Of a stretch of 64,000 bases of DNA, positions 27,131-40,003 are shown one piece after another. Position 1 is the stretch's first letter. Each line of letters opens with the position of its first letter. The notes beneath the pieces were generated by a model that saw nothing but the letters and a program-made list of their open reading frames with translations, was not told where the DNA came from and ran no database searches. The position numbers and the translations under genes were made by a program. This DNA is from Camelus ferus (lineage: Eukaryota). The DNA is taken from assembly GCF_009834535.1 (NCBI RefSeq), contig NC_045696.1:105774001-105838000 (forward strand). Reading direction: 5' to 3'.

Positions 27131-28411
27131 TCAAGTGGCTATAAAATAGCCAGTGGGAAAAACTGGCAAATATATTTCCTCTCTCAGCATGAAATTAGCC
27201 ATTTCCCCTCTCATTCTGAAGTAGCTTACAGTGAATATTTCCTTAATTATTTAATGGGAAATACAAAAGAGTGAAGTGGAGCATAATTCATTCATCATTC
27301 AGGCAATAAGCATTTGGTGAGCACATGCTGAGTGCTGGGCACTGTGCCGGGCGGCCAGCCACCAGATCTAACGCAGTTCCTGTCTTCAGTCAGCAAGCCA
27401 GTCAGATCCACAAAACAATATGGGGAGTGCAATGACAGACCCTATCCTGAAGGTCCCAGAGTCCAGAGATGGTGACTGGCCACAGACCTAGCAGCTGGGA
27501 TACTGGATTCAATACAGTGAAGTCTGTGTTTCCAGAGACTTACATCCTGAATAGATGTCCCCTCTTGATCAGTGAGACCTTAGATGCTCAGGGCAGCCAG
27601 CGTCCTATGAAGGAAATCAGCCCAGGCTCTCAGATTCCCAAGGGGACCCACACTGCCTTTTTCTATTCCACCAGTCCTTGATGAAATGAGAAAAAAATCG
27701 TTTTTTGTTCTCTCAAAATTCTTGATGTTAAATGATCCCTTCTTTTCTAAACTGATTATAGTATTTGGTTTTGCTAATGTCTTGATATGCCAAAGCAACA
27801 CGGACAGGTCTGTGCTGTTACCCCAATAACCATGCAGGACACTTCATGGGTTCCCAAAACCTGGGAAGTGCCACACTAGACAATGACCTGGGGTCTCATA
27901 TGAGCAGGAATCTCTGGAAACAGCTTCTGCACCCAGACTTGTCCTCACCCTGTCCACCCTCAGGCTCCTGAATAAACCATATGACATACATAGGCTGTCA
28001 GCTCTTTGAAAGAGGACACCTAAGTTTTGGAGGATTATATGTGTAGAAGTGATGAACTGGGTATTTTCACGTGTTTATGAGGAACGAATAAATACAAGTT
28101 TGTACTATGCAAGGTACAAAACGAGCATCATTTTGCTATTACTGCAACCTGAACTTCTGGGACTGGACACCCCTGACTAAATCTGGAGATTGGACCACAA
28201 ACTTGGCCTCTACCACCCCAGATCTGGGATACTGGCCCATCACTGATCTGGCTCCGTGAACAACTCAGATCAACAGGTGAGAAAAGAGCTCACCTGCGGT
28301 GTGAGTCTCTACTGATACGTCAAAGTAAACCTGCTATGATGAAATAAAATTGTCTATGAGTGGGCAAGAACCTGACAAGGATAAAAATGTAATCAAGTTG
28401 CGCAAAAAGGA

Positions 28412-28531
28412 GGGGAGGGTATAGCTCAGTGGTAGATCAGGTGCTTAGCATGCATGAGGTGCTGGGTTCAACCCCCAGTACCTCCACTAAATAAACAAAC
28501 AAACAAACCTAATTCCTTACCTCCCCAAAAA
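28412..28531 (+). mobile_element. Vic-1-like SINE
   Basis: tRNA head; degenerate TSD AAGTT(GC/AT)GCAAAAAG. Confidence 0.9.
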
Positions 28532-29099
28532 AGTTATGCAAAAAGAACAGTGAGAAACCTTGTGGGATAGCCTTTGCCTCCCCTGACTGCCCCCAGACCC
28601 CAGCAGTTCTAAAGATGTTGCCAGTGTCATTCCCGACCCTGGAAGTGGATGGGCCAGTCCTACCAACATCAGGAAGGGAATGCTGATCCTGGGTTAAACG
28701 TCCTGCCAGGATCTAGGAAAGAAAACCAGCTAATCTGCACTTTCAGGGAGCACAAACCCATATTCCAGTGAAGGGAAGGACTTCTAACAGAAACCGTAAG
28801 ATATTTTCTCCGTTTAATTATTTAACAATGACTATGCATTCCTTTTATAATCATACATGCCCTGCCAAAACTAGAATTCAAAAAAAAAACAAACAATACA
28901 GATGAGGGCGGGGAATAGAGTAGAGAGGAGGGAGGGTCACTTGGCGCCCTCACACCAACCACGAAGGCAGGAAACTTGAGTGCCAACACCAACAGGAACT
29001 ACCCTGTTTTTGTCATTCCTCAGCAATTTAAAACCTGAACCCACCTTAAAGTGCCTATTTCCAATGACCCAGGGCCCCAACCACCAAGTGAAATGGACT

Positions 29100-29960
29100 C
29101 GGAGATCCTGCGTTAAGGGCAGGGCCTGGGAGGAGACACCCACGCCAGGACCCCTAAGGCCAGCCTGGGCTGCGGGACGCGGGCTGCGGCCGCCAGGTGG
29201 CGCGCTGACCTCTGCTCCGGTGGCCGCCTGCTCTTCCCTCCCAAAAGGTCGTCGGGCAGGCGTCCACCCCACCGTGCCGGAGGGGACACGCCTAGTGCCC
29301 ACGGAACGTGGAGCTCGATGCCAAACACAGAGGCACCGCCTGCCTTGACCGCAAATCCCTAGAACAGAGCCGAGGGACATCAGATCCCAGAGAAGACACA
29401 GGAACGGACACTTCGCCTCCGCCTTCCGACCTCCCAGCCCGTGGCCTCCGGGGAGGAGTAGGGGGCGGCGGTAGGAAGAAGGGGCGGCCTATGAGACCGG
29501 AGCTGGGTCGGGGGAAAAGCAAGACTGTCCAAAAATGAGGGGACCTCACACTTGAAAAAGCACGTCTCGCGGATGACGGGGTAGAAGACGACGCCGGGAC
29601 CCGGACCTTCCTCCTCCTTCCCCGCCGGCCCCGCCCCCGCTTCGCCCTTTCCCAGACCTCCTTCCTCTTCCCTTTCGGGTCGAAAGCAGAAGTTTCTGAA
29701 AGTCCGGAGGAAGCGCGCCCGGGAGCTCCCGAGGTTTCCAGCGCGACAGTACAGCGCGGGGCCGACTAGGGCCGCAGGGAGGCCGCCAGAGGGCGCAGTG
29801 GGGCGCGCTGGGGGCGCTGTCCACGCCCCTCCGAGCAGTGGTTGCCCCTTTTAGATTTCCTCAGACACGCGCTAAGTGACCATGAGCCCGCGAGCCTAGA
29901 GGCTCTCCAGGCTCCTAGTCCCGGGCAGGATTCAGGTCAGGCCCTGAGGGCGGGTCCTCT
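29100..29960. promoter_or_regulatory. Orphan CpG island with GC boxes and CTCF motifs
   Basis: CCCCGCCCC near 29630; CCGCCAGGTGGCGC at 29190; CCGCCAGAGGGCGC at 29783. Confidence 0.75.
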
Positions 29961-30097
29961 GTCCCACTGGCTGCTGCACCCCCAGCTCCGGGAACAAGGA
30001 AGAATAAGTGTCATATTCACCAAATATTGATTGAGCGCCTGATAATGCCAGGAAATGTTCCTGGCACTGAGGATGAGAGGTCAAAACAGACAAAGAA

Positions 30098-30220
30098 GGG
30101 GAGGGTATAGCTCAGTTGGAGAGTGCATGCATGCACTAGGTCCTGGGTTCAATCGCCAGCACCTCCGTTAAAAAAATAAATAATAAACCTAATTTCCTTC
30201 CCCCACCTCCCCAAAAGAAC
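30098..30220 (+). mobile_element. Vic-1-like SINE within an L2-like fragment
   Basis: tRNA head and tail motif. Confidence 0.88.
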
Positions 30221-31499
30221 AAAGAGCCTACCCCAGGTAAGATTTATATTCTGTGAGTGGGTCAGGGAGGAGAAACAAGGAACATAGATAGGCAATAAAC
30301 AAAATACAGGTGGTTAAAAACGAGGAAATAGATGTCAGAAGGGGATAGATACTATGGAGAAAAAGCAGAGCAAGAGGGATGCGGAGTTGTAGGGTGAGGT
30401 GGGGATTCTATTTTATACAGGATGGTGATGGCAGGCCTCTCTTATGAGAGGAAGACATTTAAGCATACAGTAGGCGGAGGGCAGCCAAGCAGCTTTCTGA
30501 GGTTAAGAACAGAAAAATAAGGAGCACTTCACACTTGTGTTAAATGAATGAATTTTCAAGGCAGGAAGCCACACTGGGCAAGGGCTGCTCTAATGTGACC
30601 TTGGTGCCCTCACTATACACCTGTCTGCCCCACTCTATCCAGCCATCCCTCCACCCAACCATTTCTTTAGTCAGCAGTCCTTGGGCACCTACCTTCTCTA
30701 TGCCAGACCTTACGCTGGGTGTATTTCATTTCTATATCCCCAAACCCAGGATATGGACATCAATAAGACACACTCCTTGGAGGGAAAAGAGGCCTTCATG
30801 TTCACTCTGGTCGGACAAGAGAATGACACAGCCTTCTTGGAAAGTAATTTGATAGCATCTCACTCATAAATATGGGAACCTTTTGAACCAAATCCTCAGT
30901 CTAGGACTCCAGGCCAGGTATCTCAGCACAGTGGTCAGGACCACTGACTCCAGCTGGATTGACTGGGTTTAACTCCAGCTGCCTCTCTCATCAGCTCTAG
31001 GATCCTGGAAATATTATTCACCTGTGCCTGAGCTTTCACATCCATAACATTAAACTAATAATAATATTACCTAACTCATAGGAGTTTTGGGGAAACATAT
31101 CGCAAAGGGTTTAGAGCAGTGTCTGGCTCACAGCAAGTGCTCAACAAATGTTAGCTATTTTAAAGCTATTTTTATTTGTTTAGACAACCTTTTCCACAAA
31201 AGTGTAAGCTGACCTGTTCACCAAAATTCTCTTTGCAAGATTATCTGTGTAGCTCCAGACTAAAGCAACCTCAGTAAAGATCCAACAATAGGGAGATGAC
31301 TAAGCAGATTATAGTGCATCCATTCTATAAAATAAAATGTAATTTTAGAAAGATTGAGACTCACATCAGCGTATCAGACCAAATGTCAAAAAGCGGTGAG
31401 TTCTGTGGAAGGCAGCATGTGTGTCCCAGGAGGACTGGGGAAGACTTGGCTCTGGGGGTGTCTCAGATCCTCTGATAAGAGCTAATTTGACCTGTTACC

Positions 31500-32620
31500 T
31501 AAGGAGTCAGTCAATATCAATCAAAATTTTTAAATGCACGTATCTTTGGACCCAGCAGTTCAACTTTTAGGAGCTTATCCTAAAGATATACTTGCACATT
31601 TGCACAACGACTCATAAACAGGAAAGTTTGTGGCAGCATTGTCGAAGACAAAACAACCTTATTGTCCATCAACAGAGGATTAGCTAAATAAATTGTGATG
31701 GATCCTTCCTGTGAAAGATTGAGCAGCCATTAAAGTTAATGAAGCAGATCTACATGTGCTGATGTGGAAAAATCTCCAAGATGCATTAAGTTAAAAACGC
31801 AACATGAGATATCACTTTATACCCATTATAATGGCTAAAATTGAAAAGACTGACAACACTAAACGTTTGTAAAAATGTGGAGCAATTGAAACTTATACAC
31901 TGCCAGTGGTTGTATAAAATGGCACAGCCACTTTGGAAAACCATTTTTGCAGTGTTTGTTTATATATATATAATACATATATATATGTTAAACATACATT
32001 TAAGCAGAGACCTAGCAAATCCACACCCAGGTATTACCCAAGAGAAATAAAATTGTATATCCTCATATATCATACATAAATGTTCACAGTAACTTTATTT
32101 GTAATTGTCCCAAACTACAAGTAATTAAAATATCTTCAGCAGATCAGTGCATAAACAGAGTCTGGTATAACTATTCAACTAGTCAATCCGTATTCTGCCT
32201 CCAGGAATTTGCTATTATGAACTTATATCTCCCAATCAACAATAAAAAGGAATTAACTGTAAATAGGCAACAACATGAATTGATTTCTTTTTCTTTAAAA
32301 ACATTTTTCATTTTTTATTTATTTTTTATTTTTTGAATCTTAAAATTATTATTCTGAGTGAAAGAAGCTAACACAAAAACAGTTCTATTTTTTTGAAGTT
32401 CTGTAACAGACAAAGCCAAGGGGATAGAAAGCTGACCAATGGAATGGGGGTGGGGGGAGTAAATGGAAGGGTCAACCGGGAACTTTCTGTAGTGACGGAA
32501 AGATCTATATCTTGATTGGGATTTGGGTTATAGGGGTGTATGAATTATCAAAAGTCAGGGAACTCTTAAGATTTGTGCATTTTATTGAATGTATAATATT
32601 CCTCAATTAAAAACATAAGA
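31500..32620 (+). mobile_element. Old L1 (L1M) 3' fragments
   Basis: CAGCCACTTTGGAAAAC, CCCAAGAGAAAT and L1 3' UTR motifs. Confidence 0.8.
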
Positions 32621-33524
32621 AAAGAAAGGAAATTAAAGCCTAGGCCCTCACAATAAGAGTCATGAAGAATTTGAGAGGGAGGGTGCTGCCCTGGGGACCC
32701 TGGGAAGAGAGGCACTCTCATAGTGGTGAGCCCCTGGGGGCAGAACCCATGGGATTCTGCTTCCTTCTTCTCTCCACCCTCCGTGCCCAGGACAGGACAG
32801 GGCAGGATGAGTATTTACTGGGCCTCACAGGGAAGGAGGAGGTGATGAGACAGGCTCCAGGTGCTGAGGCTCACAACAAGCAGAAAGGACAGAACATGAC
32901 GGGGCAGCCCAGAGAGTGATGCCAAGTCCGAGCTCAGAAGGGGAGCTCGTGGGCCTGCAACACTGCTGGATGTGCAGAACCCAGAGCTCCCATCACTTGT
33001 CCCTGCTGGTGTCCAGGCTGGGCTGCAGCAGCTTGTTCCAGTAGGTGTGAAACAAACACAAGAGCTAGGAGGTGGCCTAGTAAGACATACTGATCCCTTC
33101 ATGGCTGGCTGAGCCCAGGAGCCTCCTGGCTTTGTCTCACTATACATACCCTTTGAGGCTTCTTATCTGGTTCCTATAAGTCTTGTCCCCCAGCCCAGTT
33201 CCAGGCAGAAGGTCATCTTAATCCTAAACACCCAGAACATCCCCCCTCAATATCCTGAAGTCTGTAAATTTTAAATGAAGCTAGCAGATCCCTTGCTGCT
33301 CAGGTTTCCAGTCCCAGAACAGCAATTTCTGAAATGACTGACTTCACCCACAATATCTGCTCCAGTATGAAAAGAAATCACAACAGAATTACAGAATTCC
33401 TATATAATCTTGGAGGGAAAAGGAAAAAAAAAGGCACTTCTAACTAGGACCTGAATCCAGAATCCATAAAAGAGAAGATGGATAAATTCAACTAAATTTT
33501 TAAAAAATTGATTCTTAAGCATTT

Positions 33525-33665
33525 GTTTGTTTAGTTTTTTGGGGGGAGAGAGGTAATTAGGTTTATTTTATCTATTTATATGTTTTTAATGGAGGTACTC
33601 AGGATTGAACCCAGGACCTCATGCATGCTAATCACGCGCTCCACCACTGACCTGTACACTCCCCA
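33525..33665 (-). mobile_element. Vic-1-like SINE
   Basis: Reverse complement of head and tail. Confidence 0.88.
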
Positions 33666-34899
33666 ACTAATTTTTGATTATAAAACCTCTATAAACAAAT
33701 TCAGAAGACAAATAGCCAACTGGGAAAAGATGTTTTTAAATTCGTATAACAGAAGAAGAACTTAATTTCTCTAATATAAAAAGAGATCCTCTAAATCAAT
33801 AAAAAGCAACCTCCAAAATTTAAAATGGCAGAAGTTCTGAAAAGAAAGTTATAGGTAAATGACTCTAAATGGTTAAAATAGTTTCAATCTCACAATGAGA
33901 GGAACAAAATCACATAAAATTGCTGATAGGCCACAATTATTTCTATCTTAAAAACACAGCAATTTCATATGGCTAAGATTAAGGCAAATTAAAACAACAT
34001 CGAGATACTAATTTTATCTTTTCATATTGGCAAAGATGAAAAAGGCTTAACACTTCACATACCTGAAACGTACACAGTTATTCACCACATTGTTTATAAT
34101 TTCAAACGATTAGGGAAAAAACTAAATGCCCATCAACTGGTAGACTGGTTAAATAAATTATGGTATGTACACACACAGACACACGCACACACAACAAAGT
34201 ATCAGTAAAAGGAGTATGAGAATCTCTTTAGCTACTGATTTACAATGATTTCTAAGATACACTGTTAGATTTTTAAAAACCATACACACAAGGTTCAGAA
34301 AAATATGTATAGTATATTACCATCTGGGTAAGCAAATATAAATATGTGTGTTACAGTATCAGGAAGAACTGAAAATATTTGTTCTGCCCAGAAAGGGGAA
34401 CCAGGGTGGCTGAAAAATTAGAGGTAGTAGGTAGGAAAGAGTTCACTGAATTCTGTTTTGTGCTGCCTTTTGGACCCTGTGAATAATTACCCATTCAAAA
34501 CAAACGACTAATAAAACAACCAGCCTGGGCAGGGCTCTCAGTGTATCCTATCAAATACCTCACTCTAACCAAAGCATTAGCATAACAAGAACAAGACAGA
34601 TAATCTCAGCAATGCAGGTCCTTCCTCCAAAAGTCTGCCCTGTTCTTATGTGTTTTGTCCTGGGGCATTTTGATGGGGCAAAGGTCTGTGAGCCATTTGG
34701 TAACCTGAGGCTTAAGGTCGTAGGCTGGTGCTAGTCTGAGCCTCCTGAGCAACTGCTGGGCTGGCCGCGGTCCTGAGGAATCAAGAGGTGGGAAGCCAGG
34801 GACCTGGTGGCAGGAGCTTAGCAGCAACTTGAGTGTCAAAAATGAATCCAGGTGGGAGACTCAGTTAAGAGACAAGGCAGGAGAGCCACAAAATGAGAC

Positions 34900-36000
34900 T
34901 GGGGCACAGACGGCCGAGAGACAGCAGGTCACCTAAGCCAGAGAAGATCAGCCATGGACCAGGTAGTCCTCCCGGGTCTGGGAACTCAAGTGGGGAAGCA
35001 AGAGTGGCCCCACTGACCATCACTCCCATGACCCACTTTGGTGCTTCCCATGCCTGCAACTCTGGGTTCTGCAAGGTTGAAGGTTCTCGTCCCCAAAGGG
35101 GCAGCACACATGCCAGGGGACAAGACAAGGGTCCCACTAAACTACAAGATAAAGCTCCTCATCGGGGTCCTGCTGATGAAAGGAGGTGTCACCATACTGG
35201 CAAGGGAAATTGACCCAGATGGGCTGAAGGAGGTAGAGATGCTCTTACACAGGATGGGGGCGGGGACACATACGGAACCCACATGATCCACATCAGTGCC
35301 CTCTCGTACCCTCTGTGAGTGGACACGTGTAGCAACCCCAGCCTGAGAAGGTGATGACAACCAGGAGTCGCACCACCAGGGACGCTGCCACCAGCAGAGG
35401 TGATCAGTGAGGGGGAGGAGAACTTAAAGGAGAGAGTGGAGCACAGAACGGTTAAGTACCAGTTGCAACCCAGGGATCAGCTGCATCACTGGGGGCTGCA
35501 GTTATCCAGTAAGCTCCCTTCCCCGTTTTCCCTAAGGAAGAGAGGCCTCCAGGGGCCATGGAGGAGCTGCTCCCTGAACCTGTGTGGGACAGAGTATTTG
35601 TGCGGTGTGACAGGGTGGACCGAAGCAGCCATGAGAATGTGCCTCTCAGATCTCCATCTGCGGGAATGTGTCTGACCATCACGACTTCCCCCAGGCAGCT
35701 CACAATCAATGACTGAGCACAACACGGGCCCCAAAGTAGGCCTGTACCCAGGAGACATGGGACTCCTCTGACGAGTGACTTTGGCTCAAGGACTCCTCAT
35801 CGGCAGAGCCAGAACTTTCTTAGAAGTCACTGCTCTCTAGCATTTCCTGTCTACCCTTCCTTCCTCTCCTCCACACAGCCTGATGCTCTCCCAACCTCCT
35901 CCAGCTTCCTCACAGTTTCCTTCTCAAGTCTTTTTTCAGTAAATCTCGTGGAGTCTAACCTCGTCTTGGCATCTACATCTTGGACCACCTGAATTAACAC
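34900..36000 (+). mobile_element. Ancient ERVL internal 3' fragment followed by an LTR16-like LTR
   Basis: Degenerate dUTPase-like frame (VPLNYKIKL...GVTILAREIDPD...EVEMLLH), polypurine tract near 35610, then LTR-like sequence. Confidence 0.65.
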
Positions 36001-36068
36001 AAATGCTAAAATATGAAAATGAATATATGTATGTAAATGCTAAAATATGAAAATGAATATATGTATGT
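36001..36068 (+). repeat. Perfect 34-bp tandem duplication at the 5' junction of a short L1 3' end
   Basis: AAATGCTAAAATATGAAAATGAATATATGTATGT x2. Confidence 0.9.
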
Positions 36069-36405
36069 ATATGCATGACTGGGACATTGGGCTGTGCACC
36101 AGAAATTGACGCAGTGTAACTGACAGTACTTCACTTAAAAAAAAAAAACCCCACAAATGCCATTGCTGTTGTGTATTAACCATAGTTCTGAGCTTCTTGG
36201 CAACCAAAAGAAAAAGACTGTATTATTGTATAAGAGTCATTAGCGTTCTTTATCAGATAATTCCAGTTCCCCCACCTCGGGGTGCATTGGTAAGATTGCT
36301 TCCTTAAACTAAGTTGCTCCAAGTCAATAAGATTTGAGGGGATGCTTTTTATAAACCTAACCCAGCCTTTCCTAACTAATATACATCACTTCTTTTTACC
36401 TAATT

Positions 36406-36615
36406 CAGTGTTTGCCAATAGTGGCACTATTGACATGTTGGGTCAGATCATTCTCTGCTGTGGGAGACAGAATTATGCTTCGTAGGAGGTTTGGCAGCAT
36501 AGCCTCCAGCTGCTAGATACCAGTAATCCTCCCACAGTCGTGACAACCAGAAACATCTCCAGACACTGTCAAATGTCACCGAGGGAGCAAAATCACTGTC
36601 AGTTTAGAACCACTA
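36406..36615 (-). mobile_element. MER20 (hAT) DNA transposon
   Basis: GTGACAACCAGAAACATCTCCAGACACTGTCAAATGTC...AGAACCACT. Confidence 0.85.
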
Positions 36616-36649
36616 ATGTAACTAATAGCAGCAGAACTTTTCTTCAAAA

Positions 36650-37360
36650 AGAGATAAGGTTTAAAATAGAATCATATAAAATGCTCAATTAAAACCAGAG
36701 AAGTTAGAAAGAAGGGGAGAGAAAAGAAAGAACAGGTACAACAAATACAAAACAGTTACGAGCCTGGTGGATATTTATCGGGCACCACCAATAATCACTT
36801 TAAATGTGAATTATCTCAAAAGAATGAGAAGGCAAGCCACAAACTGGGAGGAAATATCTGGGAACTCTGCTTTCTGCTCAACTTTGCTGTAAGCTTACAA
36901 CTGCCCTAAAAAATAAAGTGTATTTTTAAAAATTTTTAGATAGTTTTTAAATGTGATTAGTCTAAATACACAGATTAAAAGACAAAGATGATCCAAATGG
37001 GCAAAACAAACAAACAAACAAAAAACCCTTCAGCTAACGTCATACTTAACAGTGAGAAACTGGATGCTTTCCCCCTAAAATTGGGAATAAAGCAAGGATG
37101 TATTCTCTCACCACTCTGGATCAATATTGTCCGAGGCGTCCTAGCTACTTACAGTAACACAAGAAAAGGAAAAAAAGGCATGCAGATTGAGAAGGAGTTA
37201 CAGACGACATGATTGTTTAGAAAACCCTGAAACACCTTCTGGAGCTAATAAACGGGTATAGCAAGGTGGCAGTTAACATTGATATAAATAAATGATTAAA
37301 TAAATACATAGGAAAGAAGTGGTAAATCTATGCAGGAGAATTCCAGATAATTTATATAGA
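36650..37360 (+). mobile_element. L1 ORF2 fragments
   Basis: ANVILNSEKLDAFPLKLGIKQGCILSPL, an L1 reverse transcriptase motif. Confidence 0.85.
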
Positions 37361-37371
37361 TACTGCTCTGT

Positions 37372-37820
37372 TGTTATGCATTGAATTGTGTCCCCAAAAA
37401 GATACTTTAAAGTCCTAATGCTCAGGACTTGTGACTGTGACCTTATTTGGAAATAGGGTCTTTGCAGATGGAATCAAGTTAAGATGAAGTCACTAGTGTG
37501 GGCCCCCATCCAGCGTAACTGGTGTTCTTATAAGAAGAGGAGAAGGACACAAAGACAAGAGGGGGAGAACACTTTGTGCCAAGGAGGTAGACACTGGGGT
37601 GATGCCCCTGCAGGCTGAGCAAGGCCGAGGGCTGGCAGCAGCCCCAGGTGCTAGGAGAGAGGCGTGAAACAAATGTTCCCCTGGAACCTTCTGAGAGAGC
37701 GCGGCTCTGCCGACAGCCCGACTGCAGACTTCTAGCCTCCAGAACTGTGGGAGAATACATTTCTGTCATTTTAAGCCACAAGGTAGTGGTACTTTATTAC
37801 ATAGCCCTACAAAACTAAGT
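37372..37820 (+). mobile_element. MaLR LTR (MLT1C-like)
   Basis: TGAATTGTGTCCCC...CCTTATTTGGAAATAGGGTCTTTGCAGATG...CCTCCAGAACTGTG. Confidence 0.88.
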
Positions 37821-38297
37821 CATGCCTCGAGGAGCTGGAGCACAGCTCCCCACTTCTTCAGCATGTGTTGGGCACAGGATAGAAAGCAGGGGAAAGACTC
37901 AGGTTTACCATGGAGAAACCTGACAAACACAGCCTCAGCCCCGTGATCCAGGTCAGTGCCAACAATGATGCCTTATGTTGATAGTGTGACCCTTGACATG
38001 ACATAATGAGGGTGAGATTTTATCTTTGTGGTCTCCCTCTCAAGAACCTATAACCCACCTCTAACCATGAGAAAACCATCAGACAAATTCCAGTAGAAAA
38101 ACACTGTACAAAAGGGACTAATACTCCTCACAATTGTCAAGGTCATCAAAACCAAAGGAAGTCCGAGAAACTCAATGCCGAGAGGAGCCTAAGGGAACAT
38201 GATAACCCAATGTAATGTGGTGCCCTGAGTGGGATCCTGGAACAAGAAAAAGGACATTAGGTGAAAATTAGGAAAATCTGAATAAAGCATAGACTTT

Positions 38298-38305
38298 GTG
38301 TGTAT

Positions 38306-38344
<39 letters not shown>

Positions 38345-38529
38345 GAGATGTCTGATTTTCTTTAATTAACAGTAATCTTGATATTCAAATACCTGGGCAT
38401 TTCCCCCCCCCCATGTTTATTTTTTATTTCAGTATAGCTGATTTACAATGTTGTATTAGTTTCTGGTGTACAGACTAGTGATTCAGTTACACAAACATAT
38501 ATACATACTCTTTTTTTATATTCTTCTTT
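38298..38529 (-). mobile_element. 5'-truncated L1 with putative 3' transduction, inserted in an older L1M 3' UTR
   Basis: 17-bp TSD AATAAAGCATAG(A/G)CTTT; L1 3' end, ~70 bp of non-L1 sequence, (TAAA)n tail. Confidence 0.7.
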
Positions 38530-38557
38530 AATAAAGCATAGGCTTTAGTTAATGATT

Positions 38558-38691
38558 TTTTTTTTCCTGGGGGAAGGAGGTAATTCGGTTTATTTATTTA
38601 TTTATTTATTTAAACGAAGGTATTGGGGATTGAACCCAAGATCTCATGCATGCCAAGCACGTGCTCTATCACTGAGCTATACCCTCCCCCC
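38558..38691 (-). mobile_element. Vic-1-like SINE
   Basis: TSD TAGTTAATGATT. Confidence 0.92.
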
Positions 38692-39453
38692 TAGTTAATG
38701 ATTATTTATCAATATTGGTTCATTAACTGGAAAAAATGTACCATACTAACATAAGATGTTAATAATAAAGAAAACTGAGAGTGAGCTGTATGAGAACTCT
38801 CTGTAGTATCTCCTCAATTTTTATATATGTCCAAAACTGATCTTAAAAAGTCTATTTAAAAATTTTAAATGACAAAAAGCCGATGCTGCCAAGATGTCGA
38901 TATTCTACATGTCGCTGAGAGATGAGGGCCAGAAAACCAATCTGGCCAGGTGATCCCATAGGCATATACAGAAATAAGAATCCTGGCTAACGCATAGCAC
39001 CTGCTATGTAAACATTTTAATTATGATGACTCTTTTTATCCTCCCAACATCCTTATGGGGTAAATACCATTAATTCCACATATTACATTATGGAAACTGG
39101 GAAACAGAAGACTTTAATAATTTGCCCAAATCATATAACTAGTAAATGACCTAGCTGGGATTTGAATCCAAGCCAGCTAGCTCCAGACTCTAGATCTAGA
39201 CACTACAGCATACTGTGGGAAGCCAAACTGTAATAGAGAATTTCATGATAACTTATGAAATCAGGGGAAGAGAGAGGCTGGAGGGATGTTTTATACAAGT
39301 CATCGTAAACTATCCCAACCCCACTACTCAGTACATTTGTAGCAGAAGTATACATAAGGATCAAAAACATGTGTCCTAGAACCAGACTTCCAGTGCCCAA
39401 ATCCCAGCTCTGCTGCTGACCTGCTGTGTGATCAAAGCAAGTTACCCATCTTC

Positions 39454-40003
39454 TGTGGTAGGTAGAATAATGGCTCCTCCAAAGATGTATGTGTCCTCAT
39501 CCCCAGAATCTGAATATATGAGGTTATATAGCAAAGGAGAATTAAGGTTGCAGATGGAATTAAGGTGGCTGATCAGTCAGCCTTAAGATAAGAAGATTGT
39601 TCTGAGTTATCCAGGTAGGCCCAGTGGAATTGCAAAGGTCCTTAGAAGTGGACAAAGTAGGTGGAAGAGAGTCAGTCAGAGTCAAAGAAGGAGATGTAAC
39701 AACAGAAGCCAGATCAGAGTAATGCTGTATGAGAAGAACTTGACTCGCCATTGCTGGCTTTAAAGCTAGAAAGGGACCATGAGCCAAGACATGCAGGCAG
39801 CCACTAAAAGCTGGTCAAAGCCAGGAAACAGATTTTACCCTAGATCCTCCAGAAGGAAAGAAACCCTGCCTACACCTTGATTTCAGTCCAGTGAGACCCA
39901 TTTCAAACTTCTGGGCTCCAGAACTGAAAGATACTAAATGTATATTGTTTTAAGTCACTGAGTTTATGGCATTTTGTTATAGCAGCAATAGGAAACTAAT
40001 ACA
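39454..40003 (+). mobile_element. MaLR LTR (MLT1D-like) splitting a MIR
   Basis: TGTGGTAGG.AGAATAATGG...AGCAGCAATAGGAAACTAATACA. Confidence 0.9.
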
